Position numbers and translations under genes: made by a program
Notes under the pieces: generated by a model
What the model was told of the DNA's origin: nothing
Database searches by the model: none
The model's input: the letters and a program-made list of their open reading frames with translations, nothing else
In this document: one piece after another, positions 46,756-56,645 of the stretch
How the letters are laid out: the number at the start of each line of letters is the position of its first letter
How positions within the stretch are numbered: position 1 is the stretch's first letter
From: an uncultured delta proteobacterium
GTDB lineage: Bacteria; Desulfobacterota; Desulfuromonadia; Desulfuromonadales; BM103
Assembly (NCBI GenBank): GCA_963715335.1
Contig: CAVQRZ010000021.1
Location: 18,641 to 82,640 of the forward strand
Reading direction: 5' to 3'
DNA: 64,000 bases

Positions 46756-47925
46756 ATGCATACTTTCAAATTTATCAAAATGCCCCTTATCGCTTCTCTG
46801 CTCTTTATTGTGACCGCCTGCGGAGGAGGTGAAGATGGCGGTGATTATCCCGTTGTGTTAAACGGCCAGGTTGCCGACGGCTATCTATCTGGTGCCAGAG
46901 TCTTCCTTGACCGCAACGGGAACCGGATGCCCGACCCCGGAGAACCCTCGACCGAGTCTGGGGCTCAAGGTCATTTTTCGCTGGACATCGAGCAGGGAGA
47001 AGGGAATCTTTACCCGATCGTCGCCGAAGTTATCGCCGGCAAAACGATTGATGAAGACCAACCCAACCAATATGTTGCCGAAAGTTATCAGCTAGAAGCC
47101 CCTGCGGGCAAATGGGCGTTTATTTCGCCTTTGACTACTCTGGTCAATCATGAACTCAGCAAAGATTCGACCCTTTCGCTGCAGGAAGCTGAGATTCGAA
47201 TCCTTTCGCAACTTGGGCTTGGCAGCAACATCTCCCTCTTTGAAGATTATATCCAGGCACCGAGCAACACAGGGCTGGGGAGGGCTCATCGCGCAGCCAG
47301 AATCATCGCAGGATTAATGGGGAGTCTGCAGAAGGAGATTGAACTGAATCTCGGTGTCGAAAACGCTGAGGGCAAGAGAACGGCAATTTCCCTGATGATA
47401 AGTGACCAGATTGTGAACAACTGTGATGCCATTGCTCTGGGCCTTGCCTCCGCAGGAGAGGCTATCGCGATTGAGGAGACCCAAACGGCGGTTCTGCAGG
47501 GAATCAATACCACCCGTCTTAATGCTGAGCTTCTGGATCGTTATGTCGAGCGAATGCAGGTCACGAATACGATTTGGGATATGACACCTCCAAAGGTCAT
47601 CAACCAGAGACCCCTTGTTGACGGCAACGCCTCCATCGACGTCGTTGTCTCTCTGGTCTTCGACGAAGAGATCGATCCGGAATCGATATCGCAAGAGACA
47701 ATCCAGATCATCGGCCCGTCAGGGGCGATGCCCGGAACGATCGCTTACGACCCTACTTTAAAGGAAGTCAACTTTACGACTGAGAGCTATCTGAGGGCAT
47801 TTACGACATACCAGGTTTACCTTACCGGTATCGCTGACAAGTACGGCAACAGCCTCGAGCAACCTCAAAGCTTTAATTTTACGACGATATTCGATCAACG
47901 CCCCCCAGAACTGCCTGAATTCTAG
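46756..47925 (+). CDS. Lipoprotein with C-terminal Ig-like (Big_5-type) domain
   Basis: Lipobox VTAC-GGG, G.VADGYL.GA.VFLD.NGN, ISPLTTLV and C-terminal DMTPPKV...FDEEIDP...FTT. AGGAG RBS, 10 bp after the upstream gene. Confidence 0.8.
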   Translation: MHTFKFIKMPLIASLLFIVTACGGGEDGGDYPVVLNGQVADGYLSGARVFLDRNGNRMPDPGEPSTESGAQGHFSLDIEQGEGNLYPIVAEVIAGKTIDEDQPNQYVAESYQLEAPAGKWAFISPLTTLVNHELSKDSTLSLQEAEIRILSQLGLGSNISLFEDYIQAPSNTGLGRAHRAARIIAGLMGSLQKEIELNLGVENAEGKRTAISLMISDQIVNNCDAIALGLASAGEAIAIEETQTAVLQGINTTRLNAELLDRYVERMQVTNTIWDMTPPKVINQRPLVDGNASIDVVVSLVFDEEIDPESISQETIQIIGPSGAMPGTIAYDPTLKEVNFTTESYLRAFTTYQVYLTGIADKYGNSLEQPQSFNFTTIFDQRPPELPEF

Positions 47926-47994
47926 TGAATAAAATCATGGGGCAAAACCTGGCCACATTACCAGCTTTGCTCAGCCCCTTACAGGCTCCCACTC

Positions 47995-48046
47995 GCCCCG
48001 TGCTTCTCCCCTCCCTCATGGAGAGGGTTGAAGCATGGGGCTATTT
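47995..48046. terminator. Hairpin between the convergent lipoprotein and DAHP synthase genes
   Basis: GCCCCGTGCTTC...GAAGCATGGGGC. Confidence 0.45.
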
Positions 48047-48114
48047 CATAATCAGTGTACGGCAGTGCCAATATTTTTGCCCGTCATTCTGCAAACTTCA
48101 CCAAACAACAAACG

Positions 48115-49128
48115 CTAAACCGATACCAGCAGGCCCTGTAAACGATAAAGCTCGGCGACCAGTTGACTGAAGCCTTCGCCGGTCAGGCTCTGGGCCCCAT
48201 CACAAAGCGCCTTGTCCGGATCCGGGTGGACTTCGATCATGACACCGTGCGCCCCAACCACGATTGCCGCCTTGGCCATCGGTCCGACCAGGCTGCGCCG
48301 GCCAGTTGCATGGCTCGGATCGACCACGATCGGCAGGTGGCTCATTTCACGGATCAGGGGAACAACGCTCAGATCAAGGGTGTTGCGAGTCGCTCTTTCA
48401 AAAGTCCGGATCCCCCTTTCGCAGAGGATAACCTGCGGATTCCCTTCGGCCAGGATATATTCAGCTGCAGAGAGAAATTCCTCGATAGTGGCACTCATGC
48501 CGCGCTTGAGCAGAACCGGATGCCTGAGCTTGCCAACCTCCTTGAGCAGATCAAAGTTCTGCATGTTGCGGGCGCCAATTTGCAGCACGTCCGCGTACCG
48601 GCAGATCGTATCAAGCTGTTCAATGCGCATGACTTCGGTAATCACCGGCAGACCTTCCGCATCACCGGCCTGGCGCAGGTACTTCAGGCCCTCAATACCA
48701 AGGCCCTGGAAACTGTGCGGCCCGGTCCGCGGCTTGAAAGCGCCGCCGCGCAGCATGTGCGCGCCGGCCTCTTTCACCAGTCGGGCTGCAGCCAGCATCT
48801 GCTCCTCGCTCTCCACTGAGCAGGGCCCGGCGATCAGCACCGGTCTCTGGCCGTCACCGAACTTGACGCCGCCGGCCTCAACCACCGAGGACTCGGGATG
48901 AAAATCACGGGAGACCAGCTTGTAAGGCTTGCTGACATGGATGACTTCACGCACGCCGGGAAGTTCGCGAATGGTTGTATCATCGACATAGCCCTGGTTG
49001 CCGAGGACTCCGATAGCGGTCCTCAAGCTCCCCGGAATCGGCTCCGCGATCAGGCCCATGGCCTCGACGGCGGCGGTGACGGCCCGGACCTGCTCGTCGG
49101 TTGCCGAATGATGCATGACTATCAGCAT
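48115..49128 (-). CDS. aroF: DAHP synthase, type I-beta with N-terminal regulatory (ferredoxin-like/ACT) domain
   Basis: IAGPCSVES, LRGGAFKPRT, QIGARNMQNF, LCERGIRTF, DPSHATG and ALCDGAQSL. Confidence 0.92.
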   Translation of the reverse strand: MLIVMHHSATDEQVRAVTAAVEAMGLIAEPIPGSLRTAIGVLGNQGYVDDTTIRELPGVREVIHVSKPYKLVSRDFHPESSVVEAGGVKFGDGQRPVLIAGPCSVESEEQMLAAARLVKEAGAHMLRGGAFKPRTGPHSFQGLGIEGLKYLRQAGDAEGLPVITEVMRIEQLDTICRYADVLQIGARNMQNFDLLKEVGKLRHPVLLKRGMSATIEEFLSAAEYILAEGNPQVILCERGIRTFERATRNTLDLSVVPLIREMSHLPIVVDPSHATGRRSLVGPMAKAAIVVGAHGVMIEVHPDPDKALCDGAQSLTGEGFSQLVAELYRLQGLLVSV

Positions 49129-49302
49129 AAGGATAACTCCCTGGAAAGATTGTTGATGCCCTGACAACTCTAATGCTTGCCCCGCGCTAGGGTACTTGGG
49201 CAACAGAATGATTTCAAGCTCTTTTCCTATTTAGCCGCTTGGCGAACAGCCGGATCTTGGTTATGCTGTAGCAACGATTTCCTCTTTACATCTGGAGAGC
49301 CA

Positions 49303-49626
49303 ATGTTTCGCACCTTGTCAAGGCTCGGCGGGATGGCCCTGATCATCATCGCGTTTCTGCCAATAGGCAGCCTCGCAGCAGATGACAGCCTGGCCCGCAA
49401 GCTCTTCAACTCCCAGGGATGCAAAGCCTGTCATACCCTGGAAGGGGATGGCGGCAAGGATGACGGCAGCTTTGAAGAAATGCGCGAACGCCTGTCACGG
49501 GCCGAGGTCAGACTGCAGCTGGTCAATCCGGCAGGGACGCACGGCAAAGGCAGCATCCATGACTTCAGCCACCTCTCGGACACAGAGATCGAGGCACTGG
49601 TCTCTTTCATTCAACCGGCACCATAA
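49303..49626 (+). CDS. Monoheme c-type cytochrome
   Basis: Signal peptide, GCKACH motif and C-terminal LSDTEIEALVSFI helix. Confidence 0.85.
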   Translation: MFRTLSRLGGMALIIIAFLPIGSLAADDSLARKLFNSQGCKACHTLEGDGGKDDGSFEEMRERLSRAEVRLQLVNPAGTHGKGSIHDFSHLSDTEIEALVSFIQPAP

Positions 49627-49656
49627 CCACGGCAACGACTAACCTAACGGCCTGAT

Positions 49657-50358
49657 ATGACCCAACGTATAATCCCCATCCTGTCCCCCAACTTTATCGC
49701 CGACAGCACGTTTGAAAACCCGCTGGACTGGCCTGCCCTGTTTGGCAACAGCAATCCCCTTGCTCTCGAAATCGGTTGCGGCACCGGCCACTTTGTCCTG
49801 CAACAGGCCGCCAGCCAGCCGCAGACAAACTTTATCGCGATCGACATCTACAACAAGGGTTGTCTGAAGACCTGCGCCAAGCTCGACGATTCGGGCCTGG
49901 CCAATGTCCGGGTCGTCCGGGTCGAGGCCCGCTGGCTGCTGACCAGGGGGCTGCAACCGGAAAGCCTTTCCGCTGTGTACATCAACTGCCCTGACCCCTG
50001 GCCCAAGAAAAGGCACCGGCGCCGGCGGCTGGTCAACCGCGACTTCCTCGAAACCCTTGCGCATTACCTCAAACCCGGGGCCGACTTCTACTTCAGCACC
50101 GATTTCGATGACTACGCAGGAGATGTCGCTGGACAGATTCGCGGTCTGGCCGGATATCGCAACATGCTGACGACAGCGTCGACAACGACTCTTCCCGGCT
50201 ATCCGATCTCAAAGTACATGCAGCGTTTTCTCGACAGGGGACAGGACATCTACTTCATTCATTACCAGAGAGACACGGCCGTGCCCCGCAGCAACCTGCC
50301 CGCACCGATGATGCAGCGCGGGTTCCGGGTCTGCTGGCAGATGGCGGAAAATGACTGA
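49657..50358 (+). CDS. trmB: tRNA (guanine-N7)-methyltransferase
   Basis: LEIGCGTGHF, PDPWPKKRHRRRRL and STD. Confidence 0.92.
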   Translation: MTQRIIPILSPNFIADSTFENPLDWPALFGNSNPLALEIGCGTGHFVLQQAASQPQTNFIAIDIYNKGCLKTCAKLDDSGLANVRVVRVEARWLLTRGLQPESLSAVYINCPDPWPKKRHRRRRLVNRDFLETLAHYLKPGADFYFSTDFDDYAGDVAGQIRGLAGYRNMLTTASTTTLPGYPISKYMQRFLDRGQDIYFIHYQRDTAVPRSNLPAPMMQRGFRVCWQMAEND

Positions 50359-51547
50359 GTACCTGACTGACCAGATTCCGGGGACCGGCGGGACCCTCCG
50401 TCATGAACCTGAAGACTTTCGCGTTGAGGAAATCCCTCTTTATGAACCTTGCGGGGAAGGGGATCATCTTTACCTGTTGGTCGAAAAGCGGGGCCTGACC
50501 ACCTATGACCTGCTCAGGGAACTGGCGGTCGCCCTGGATTGCGAGGAACGTGACCTGGGTTATGCCGGGCTCAAAGATGCCCAGGCGATTACCCGGCAGA
50601 CCGTTTCCGTACCGTCACGCAAACCTGATGACGTCAAGGATCTGGAAATCCCCGGAGTGAAAATTCTTGCGGCGACCCTGCATCGCAACAAACTGCGCCC
50701 CGGACACCTGGCCGGCAACCATTTCCGCATTCGCATTCACCAGCCGGAGCCGGGAGCGTTGCAGAGAGCCGCAGAGGTCCTGGCCTGCCTCGGAGAAACA
50801 GGAGTCCCGAACCGCTTTGGCGAACAGCGCTATGGCTCACTGGGCAATTCACACCGCATCGGACGGGCGATCCTTCGCCAGGACTATGAAGCCGCGATTG
50901 GCGAGATTGTCGGTGACCCGCTGACGATTGCGCATGCCGGCTGGCGCGAAGCCGCCGAAGCCTATCGAAGCGGGGATACAGAGAAAGCAATTGAAAAGTT
51001 CCCCCGTCACTGTCGCCATGAACGCGAGCTGCTGACAAGGCTCAAAGACCGGAGCAGCCCAAGGAACGCGGTATTGGCCATGCCTCGCAAGTTACTGCGG
51101 CTCTACCTTTCAGCCTATCAGTCCAGCCTGTTCGACCGGCTGGTTGACATGCGAATGGCCTCATTGAATAAAATCTGGCCAGGCGACATTGCCTGTAAAC
51201 ATGTCAACGGGGCCTGTTTTGTCGTAACCAATCAGGCCGCAGAACAGGTGCGTGCCGATGCTTTTGAAATCAGTGCCACGGCACCGCTCTACGGTTTCAA
51301 GACGAAGCTGGCCGAGGCACAGGCCGGGCTGCTTGAGGCAAGCCTGCTCGACAGTGAAGGGCTGACGCTGCAGGCGTTCCGCCTCTCCGGCGGTTTGGCC
51401 ATGGAGGGGGAGAGACGCCCCCTGCGGGTACCGCTCGAGGCGGCGGCATGCTCCTCTGAGGGAGACGATCTGCTGCTGTCATTTTCGTTGCCCAAAGGCA
51501 GTTTCGCCACCACTGTCCTCGCCGAGGTAATAAAAGCCCGTGCATGA
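50351..51547 (+). CDS. truD: tRNA pseudouridine(13) synthase
   Basis: PEDFRVEE, YAGLKDAQAITRQ, PNRFGEQRYG and LPKGSFATTVL. Confidence 0.95.
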   Translation: MTEYLTDQIPGTGGTLRHEPEDFRVEEIPLYEPCGEGDHLYLLVEKRGLTTYDLLRELAVALDCEERDLGYAGLKDAQAITRQTVSVPSRKPDDVKDLEIPGVKILAATLHRNKLRPGHLAGNHFRIRIHQPEPGALQRAAEVLACLGETGVPNRFGEQRYGSLGNSHRIGRAILRQDYEAAIGEIVGDPLTIAHAGWREAAEAYRSGDTEKAIEKFPRHCRHERELLTRLKDRSSPRNAVLAMPRKLLRLYLSAYQSSLFDRLVDMRMASLNKIWPGDIACKHVNGACFVVTNQAAEQVRADAFEISATAPLYGFKTKLAEAQAGLLEASLLDSEGLTLQAFRLSGGLAMEGERRPLRVPLEAAACSSEGDDLLLSFSLPKGSFATTVLAEVIKARA

Positions 51548-51555
51548 CACCGGCA

Positions 51556-51572
51556 TTGGCAAAGCCTTTGCG
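51556..51572 (+). promoter_or_regulatory. Putative sigma54 promoter of the DUF4212-symporter operon
   Basis: TTGGCAA-AGCCT-TTGCG (GG-N10-GC), about 75 bp before the start codon. Confidence 0.55.
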
Positions 51573-51646
51573 TTAATGTATCCTAAGCGGGAATCGGCTT
51601 AGTCCCGTCACTAACGCAAGGCGACACCGACCAGGAGAATAGCATC

Positions 51647-51976
51647 GTGCCTCATCTCAATGATCAGGACCCTGCAAACAGGGAAGATTTGCGCATTAAC
51701 TTCTTCCGTCCGCGCGCTGGATTCATGCGCAAAGAAGTGACGATTATCTGGATCGCGCTTGCCGCCTGGGGAATCATGACCTTCGGCATGCCGATTCAAC
51801 TGGCGTTCACACACGACGACCCGGTCCGGAGCTTGGCCGAAGGTTCTTACGTCTTCGGCATCCCGGCCTATTTCTGGTACAGTGGACAGTTCCTGATCCT
51901 CTGGTTTATTTTTCTCTGTTTTTTCTTCAACATCCTGATCGACTGGCTGAGTTCCAGTTATCGCAGGCGGCGGTAG
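51647..51976 (+). CDS. DUF4212-like small membrane subunit of a sodium:solute symporter
   Basis: INFFRP, two TMs and FGIP.YFWY.GQ; precedes the SSS gene. Confidence 0.75.
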   Translation: MPHLNDQDPANREDLRINFFRPRAGFMRKEVTIIWIALAAWGIMTFGMPIQLAFTHDDPVRSLAEGSYVFGIPAYFWYSGQFLILWFIFLCFFFNILIDWLSSSYRRRR

Positions 51977-51986
51977 GAGGGGATTC

Positions 51987-53507
51987 GTGGACTATTCGGT
52001 CAGGTACACGCCGTTTTTCATGTTGGGATGCGTGCTCATTGTTTCCCTGATCGTCGGACTCATGTCACGACAGCAGGACAAGGGAGGCTACGGCCTGCAG
52101 GTCCGTTCGATCGGTCACGCCAACATCGGGGCGGCCATCGCATCCAACTGGATGAGCGCAGCCTCTTTCCTCGGCATTGCCGGGGTCTTTTTCCTGAACG
52201 GCTATTTCGCCTTCGCCTACATCCTGGGCTGGACCGGCGGTTACGTTCTGCTTTTGGTCCTGATGGGTAGCCAGATTCGGCGCTTTGGCAAGTACACGGC
52301 GCCGGACTTTGTCGAAGCCCGCTACGACTCTTCGGTGGCCCGGGTTATTTCCGCAGTCATCGCGATCATCATCTCCCTGATATATTGTGTCGCCCAATAC
52401 AAAGGTATCGGGATGGTCTTTGCCTGGATGTTCGGCATCGAATACACCCAGGCGCTGATTTTCGGTATCGTTTTAACCATGGGCTACCTGATCATTGCCG
52501 GGGCGCTGAAAGCGGCGCGCAACCCGCAGATGCACTACCTGATCCTGATCTTCTCCTTTGTCATCCCGTTGATGATGATAGCAAAAAAACTCGGCTACAA
52601 CTGGCTCCTCCCGCAATTCAGTTACGGCAACGCGCTGCGCGACCTCCCGCAACAAGTTTCCACTGACTACCTCTTCCCCTGGACTTTCGGCACACCCTAC
52701 GAATGGATTGCTCTCTGCTTTACCCTGATGGTGGGCACCGCCGGGTTGCCGCACGTCTTGTCACGCTTTTACACTGTGCCAAACACCCGTGACGCCCGAT
52801 GGGGCGTGGTATGGGGACTCTTTTTCATAGGGCTTCTGTACTGGAGCGCACCGGCGTTCGGCGCCTTCGCCCGGAACTGGATGGAACGGACCGGAGCAGC
52901 ATTCGACCCGGTGGAGGCCCAGGCCTACGCAGATATCATCGTTATCAAAACCGCAGAATGGGTCGGCGTCAATGAAATCCTGGTCAGCGTACTCGCCGTG
53001 GGAGCCGTCCTTGCCGCAATCAGCACCATTACGGGCCTGTTGGTCACGGCTGCCGGGGCGGTTTCCTACGACATCTACTATCGCCTGGTCAATCCGAATG
53101 CCAACGAACGGCATCTGCTGCTGGTCGCCAAGGGTGCGACCCTGGTCCTGGCCGTCATCGTTCTGGTGATCGCGGTCAATCCACCGGGGCTGATCGCCCA
53201 GATCACTGCGGTCGCCTTCGCCCTGGCCGGCAACACGCTCTTCCCGGTTTTCCTGCTTGGCATCTGGTGGGATCGTGCCAACAAGTACGGCGCCATTTCC
53301 GGCATGCTGGTAGGCATCACGATCACTTTCGCGCCGATCCTGTTCGGCCACATCTTCCCAACATTACGCGCCGTACTGCCGCCGACATCATCTGCCCTGA
53401 TTGGCGCGCCGGTCGTTATCCTGACGATGATCATCGTGTCGCGGTTGACCCCTCCGCCACCGGATCACTTGCGTCGTTTCCTGGTCGAGAAAGTACACAG
53501 CCCCTGA
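51987..53507 (+). CDS. Sodium:solute symporter (ActP-like)
   Basis: AIASNWMSAASFLG, IRRFGKYTAPDF, LMVGTAGLPHVLSRFYT and LGIWW.R.N..GA. Confidence 0.9.
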   Translation: MDYSVRYTPFFMLGCVLIVSLIVGLMSRQQDKGGYGLQVRSIGHANIGAAIASNWMSAASFLGIAGVFFLNGYFAFAYILGWTGGYVLLLVLMGSQIRRFGKYTAPDFVEARYDSSVARVISAVIAIIISLIYCVAQYKGIGMVFAWMFGIEYTQALIFGIVLTMGYLIIAGALKAARNPQMHYLILIFSFVIPLMMIAKKLGYNWLLPQFSYGNALRDLPQQVSTDYLFPWTFGTPYEWIALCFTLMVGTAGLPHVLSRFYTVPNTRDARWGVVWGLFFIGLLYWSAPAFGAFARNWMERTGAAFDPVEAQAYADIIVIKTAEWVGVNEILVSVLAVGAVLAAISTITGLLVTAAGAVSYDIYYRLVNPNANERHLLLVAKGATLVLAVIVLVIAVNPPGLIAQITAVAFALAGNTLFPVFLLGIWWDRANKYGAISGMLVGITITFAPILFGHIFPTLRAVLPPTSSALIGAPVVILTMIIVSRLTPPPPDHLRRFLVEKVHSP

Positions 53508-53613
53508 AATTTTTCATCTAAGCATGCACCGGCATTGACCAGCCCCCGGCCTTGCTGTAATGTGCGAAACTTCTAAAATAACGTTCTATTGTGCGGCAGT
53601 AATTCTATAAGTA

Positions 53614-54465
53614 ATGAAACTGATACTCTCCGCAGGCAGTCTTTATACCCTACCCTCGACCCAGGTCTTTGAAATGGCTCGGAGCGCTGGCTTTGACGGT
53701 CTGGAAGTGATCGTCAACCATGATTTCTCCGGTTCACAGGCCCTGGCCCACATTAAGGAGTTGCAGAGCATTCACCCGGTCCTCTCGATCCACGCACCTT
53801 TTTTTGAGATAGATGGCTGGGGCAACAAGATCGACCAGCTCAAACGCTGCGCGGAACTGGCCTTGAACGCCGGAGTACCACTGATCAATTTTCACCCTCC
53901 GAACTGGGTGCACTTCGAATTCAAGTTCTGGCGATGGCTGAAACGAGTCAAGGATTTCCAGGCCGAGATAGGTCAGAATGGCGTCCTGGTTACAATTGAG
54001 AACATGCCGTGTCTGCCGCAATTCAAAATCAATCCGTACATGCTGACCAGGATTGAGAATATGGTGCGCTTCATGGAGGAGCGCAACCTTTACCTGACCT
54101 TCGACACCGCGCACTGCGGCTCCATGCACACCGACTTCCTTGGTGACTTCCACCGGTTCTACAATTCAGGCAGGATGCGCAACATCCATTTCTCCGACTA
54201 CGGCAACGGTCAGGAACATCTCTTCCCGGGGCACGGGGCCCTGCCACTGACCCGCTTCCTGAATCATCTCAGGGAAACCGACTACGATCAGGCGCTGGTC
54301 CTGGAACTGGCCCCCCACGAGTTTCCGGAAGAGCCTGAGCTGATCCAGGAGACCCTGGTCGAGCTCTACGGCTACATCTGCCAGGAAACCAGGCATTCTG
54401 TTCCCCGGACCGGGGAGATGGCAGGCGAAAGGAGTGGTCGGCAGGCCGGTCAACGGACAATGTAA
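53614..54465 (+). CDS. Sugar-phosphate isomerase/epimerase (xylose-isomerase-like TIM barrel)
   Basis: GFDGLE, SIHAPF, IENMP, TFDTAH, IHFSD, HLFPGHG and LVLE. Confidence 0.85.
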   Translation: MKLILSAGSLYTLPSTQVFEMARSAGFDGLEVIVNHDFSGSQALAHIKELQSIHPVLSIHAPFFEIDGWGNKIDQLKRCAELALNAGVPLINFHPPNWVHFEFKFWRWLKRVKDFQAEIGQNGVLVTIENMPCLPQFKINPYMLTRIENMVRFMEERNLYLTFDTAHCGSMHTDFLGDFHRFYNSGRMRNIHFSDYGNGQEHLFPGHGALPLTRFLNHLRETDYDQALVLELAPHEFPEEPELIQETLVELYGYICQETRHSVPRTGEMAGERSGRQAGQRTM

Positions 54466-54902
54466 ACGGAACAGTGGGCGTGCAGGGACACTTTTGTGGA
54501 GACACTGCCTAGCAGCGTACGCTTCATGCGACCTTTTCCGGAAGATCCAATGACGATCACGTCACACCCCTTCTCTTCGGCAAACATCATCAACTCTTCC
54601 GCAGGGTCACCATAGAGGACAAGCGCCTCTAATTGGACCTCCGCTTCCGCAGCAGCCTTCTCAACGACGTAGAAGAGCCGGTCACGTTTTTCATGCCATC
54701 CGGGCATTTCCGTTGCCGGCTTGTCCGGGAAGAAGTCGGTGAAAGAAGGTGTTTTCATGCTCGGCAGGACCAGGACTGCATACAGCTGACTTTTGAACTT
54801 GGTGCCGGAAATCGAGGCCAGACGAACCGCCTCTTCGGCGGCCTTGTCGGACTGGGGCGATCCGTCGATGGCAACAATTATTTTTTTACTGAGTGTCAGC
54901 AT
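54450..54902 (-). CDS. Universal stress protein
   Basis: KIIVAIDGS, GDPAEEL, DVIVIGSSG and LLGSVS..V...A.CSVYIVR. Confidence 0.92.
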   Translation of the reverse strand: MLTLSKKIIVAIDGSPQSDKAAEEAVRLASISGTKFKSQLYAVLVLPSMKTPSFTDFFPDKPATEMPGWHEKRDRLFYVVEKAAAEAEVQLEALVLYGDPAEELMMFAEEKGCDVIVIGSSGKGRMKRTLLGSVSTKVSLHAHCSVYIVR

Positions 54903-54985
54903 GTCCAACCCTCCAGAATTTCATTAACTTGAATTTACCCGCCGCCCTGCCACGTGTCAACATCGCAGAAAAACGACTTATCTGT

Positions 54986-55119
54986 TTGACTTCTATAAAA
55001 CACTATTTTAGAATTGGTAAAGACAGAGAAATAAAGGCCTTTGGATAAGTCTGCAAAACCTGCAATCTGGAACGAAAAGATCCATTTGCCTTGACAGTTT
55101 CACTGCGTTTCGTTAGAAA
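54986..55119 (+). promoter_or_regulatory. Two tandem sigma70-type promoters upstream of the IclR gene
   Basis: TTGACT-17-TAGAAT (54986-55014) and TTGACA-17-TAGAAA (55091-55119). Confidence 0.5.
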
Positions 55120-55176
55120 TCAACACTTACATAAAATAGTCGTTTTTTAACCAAATTACTCAAGGATTCCCCAAAA

Positions 55177-55959
55177 ATGGCCAGGAAAGAAAAATCTGAA
55201 TATATTATCCAGGCGGTTTCGCATGCGCTGGACCTGCTCGAGCAGTTCCATGATGAAGTCGACGAACTCGGCGTTACCGAACTCAGTAAGCGCCTGAAGT
55301 TACACAAGAACAACGTATTCCGACTTCTGGCGACCCTCGAGTCGCGGGGTTATATTGAGCAGAACAAGGCTACCGAAAACTATCGCCTCGGCCTCAAGGC
55401 CCTGGAATTGGGTCAGACATTCATCAAGCAGATGGGTCTGCTGCGCCAGGCCAAGCCGATCCTCGAAAAGATGGTGGCCGAATGCAACGAAACCTGTTAC
55501 GTCGCCATCTTCAAAGAAGGTCACGTGGTTTATCTCGACATGGTCGAGACTGACATGACCGTACGCGTCGTTTCACGTGTCGGCTCCCGTCTGCCCTCCT
55601 ATTGCACTGCTGCCGGCAAAGTCTACCTGGCCTACATGTCCGACGAGGAGATCAATGAGATCCTGCCGGATCAAGAGCTGAAACCATTCACAGCAACCAC
55701 GATCAAGTCGCGCGACACCCTGAAAAAAGAGCTGGAGACCATCGCCGTAGATGGTTATGCCATCGACAATGAGGAACTTGACGTCGGGGTTCGTTGCGTC
55801 GCAGCACCGATCCGTGACTACACCCGCCGCATCGTCGGTTCAATCAGTGTCTCCGGACCGAACATGCGCCTGAATGACGAGCGCATCAAGAGCAAGCTGA
55901 TACCGCTGGTTACAAGCTCTGCCGAAGAGCTCTCGACAAGGCTGGGTTATCACAAATAA
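55177..55959 (+). CDS. IclR-family transcriptional regulator
   Basis: HTH GVTELSKRLKLHKNNVFRLLATL, TAAGKVYLA and GYAIDNEE...GVRCVAAPI. Confidence 0.95.
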   Translation: MARKEKSEYIIQAVSHALDLLEQFHDEVDELGVTELSKRLKLHKNNVFRLLATLESRGYIEQNKATENYRLGLKALELGQTFIKQMGLLRQAKPILEKMVAECNETCYVAIFKEGHVVYLDMVETDMTVRVVSRVGSRLPSYCTAAGKVYLAYMSDEEINEILPDQELKPFTATTIKSRDTLKKELETIAVDGYAIDNEELDVGVRCVAAPIRDYTRRIVGSISVSGPNMRLNDERIKSKLIPLVTSSAEELSTRLGYHK

Positions 55960-55983
55960 GCTTTTGGATCTGAACTTGATTGA

Positions 55984-56012
55984 GGCCCCTGCTTTTTTGC
56001 AGGGGCTTTTTT
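55984..56012 (+). terminator. Intrinsic terminator after the IclR gene
   Basis: GGCCCCTGC-TTTTTT-GCAGGGGC followed by a T-tract. Confidence 0.75.
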
Positions 56013-56088
56013 GTTTGCGGACACAAGGCTTGATGGCATTGTGTCCGCATTGTGTTTTAGACGATTGAATCTTAAGAACCATGGATAG

Positions 56089-56497
56089 AACCGGCGGGTC
56101 GCGTCCCGCCAGACGCCATACTTTTGTCCGGCAACAAAAGTATGCAAAAGTGCCTTCTCCTTGCGGAGGGCATCTCCTCTGCCGGATCTCTGTGACGTCA
56201 AGAACCTGCTGTGATGGGGATCCGGCCCTGTGTCAAAGGGCCTGACCTTGCCGTTTGATTTACCAGGGAAAAGCCAAAACAACCCCTACCGAGACAAATC
56301 TCCACGAAAGGAGAGGCTCTCAAGAGCCTCGGCTCCTGCGGGGGAAGCGTAGGCTCCTGATCGTTTAGAACAATCCGGATTGAGGTCGCCGCCTTTTCGA
56401 ACCAGACATGCCCAGCGCAGCGCAGGCCTTTTTCTGCTTACTCTTTTGGGCCAGCAAAAGAGTAAGGCGCAGTCGGGGGGCGCGACCCCCGGGTTCT
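56089..56497. repeat. Hairpin-rich non-coding repeat element, copy 2
   Basis: Direct copy of 2417-2848 with scattered substitutions. Confidence 0.9.
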
Positions 56498-56645
56498 GAT
56501 TTTCAAGGTTTTGTTATTTAAGATATAAATAGACGCCACCATACCGTCAAACAAACCCTCATCATAAAGATTGACACTCCCCCTCGGAGTGCTATCCTTT
56601 CACTAAGTATTTCCCCAATAAATCAAAACACTTAAGAAACTGAAG

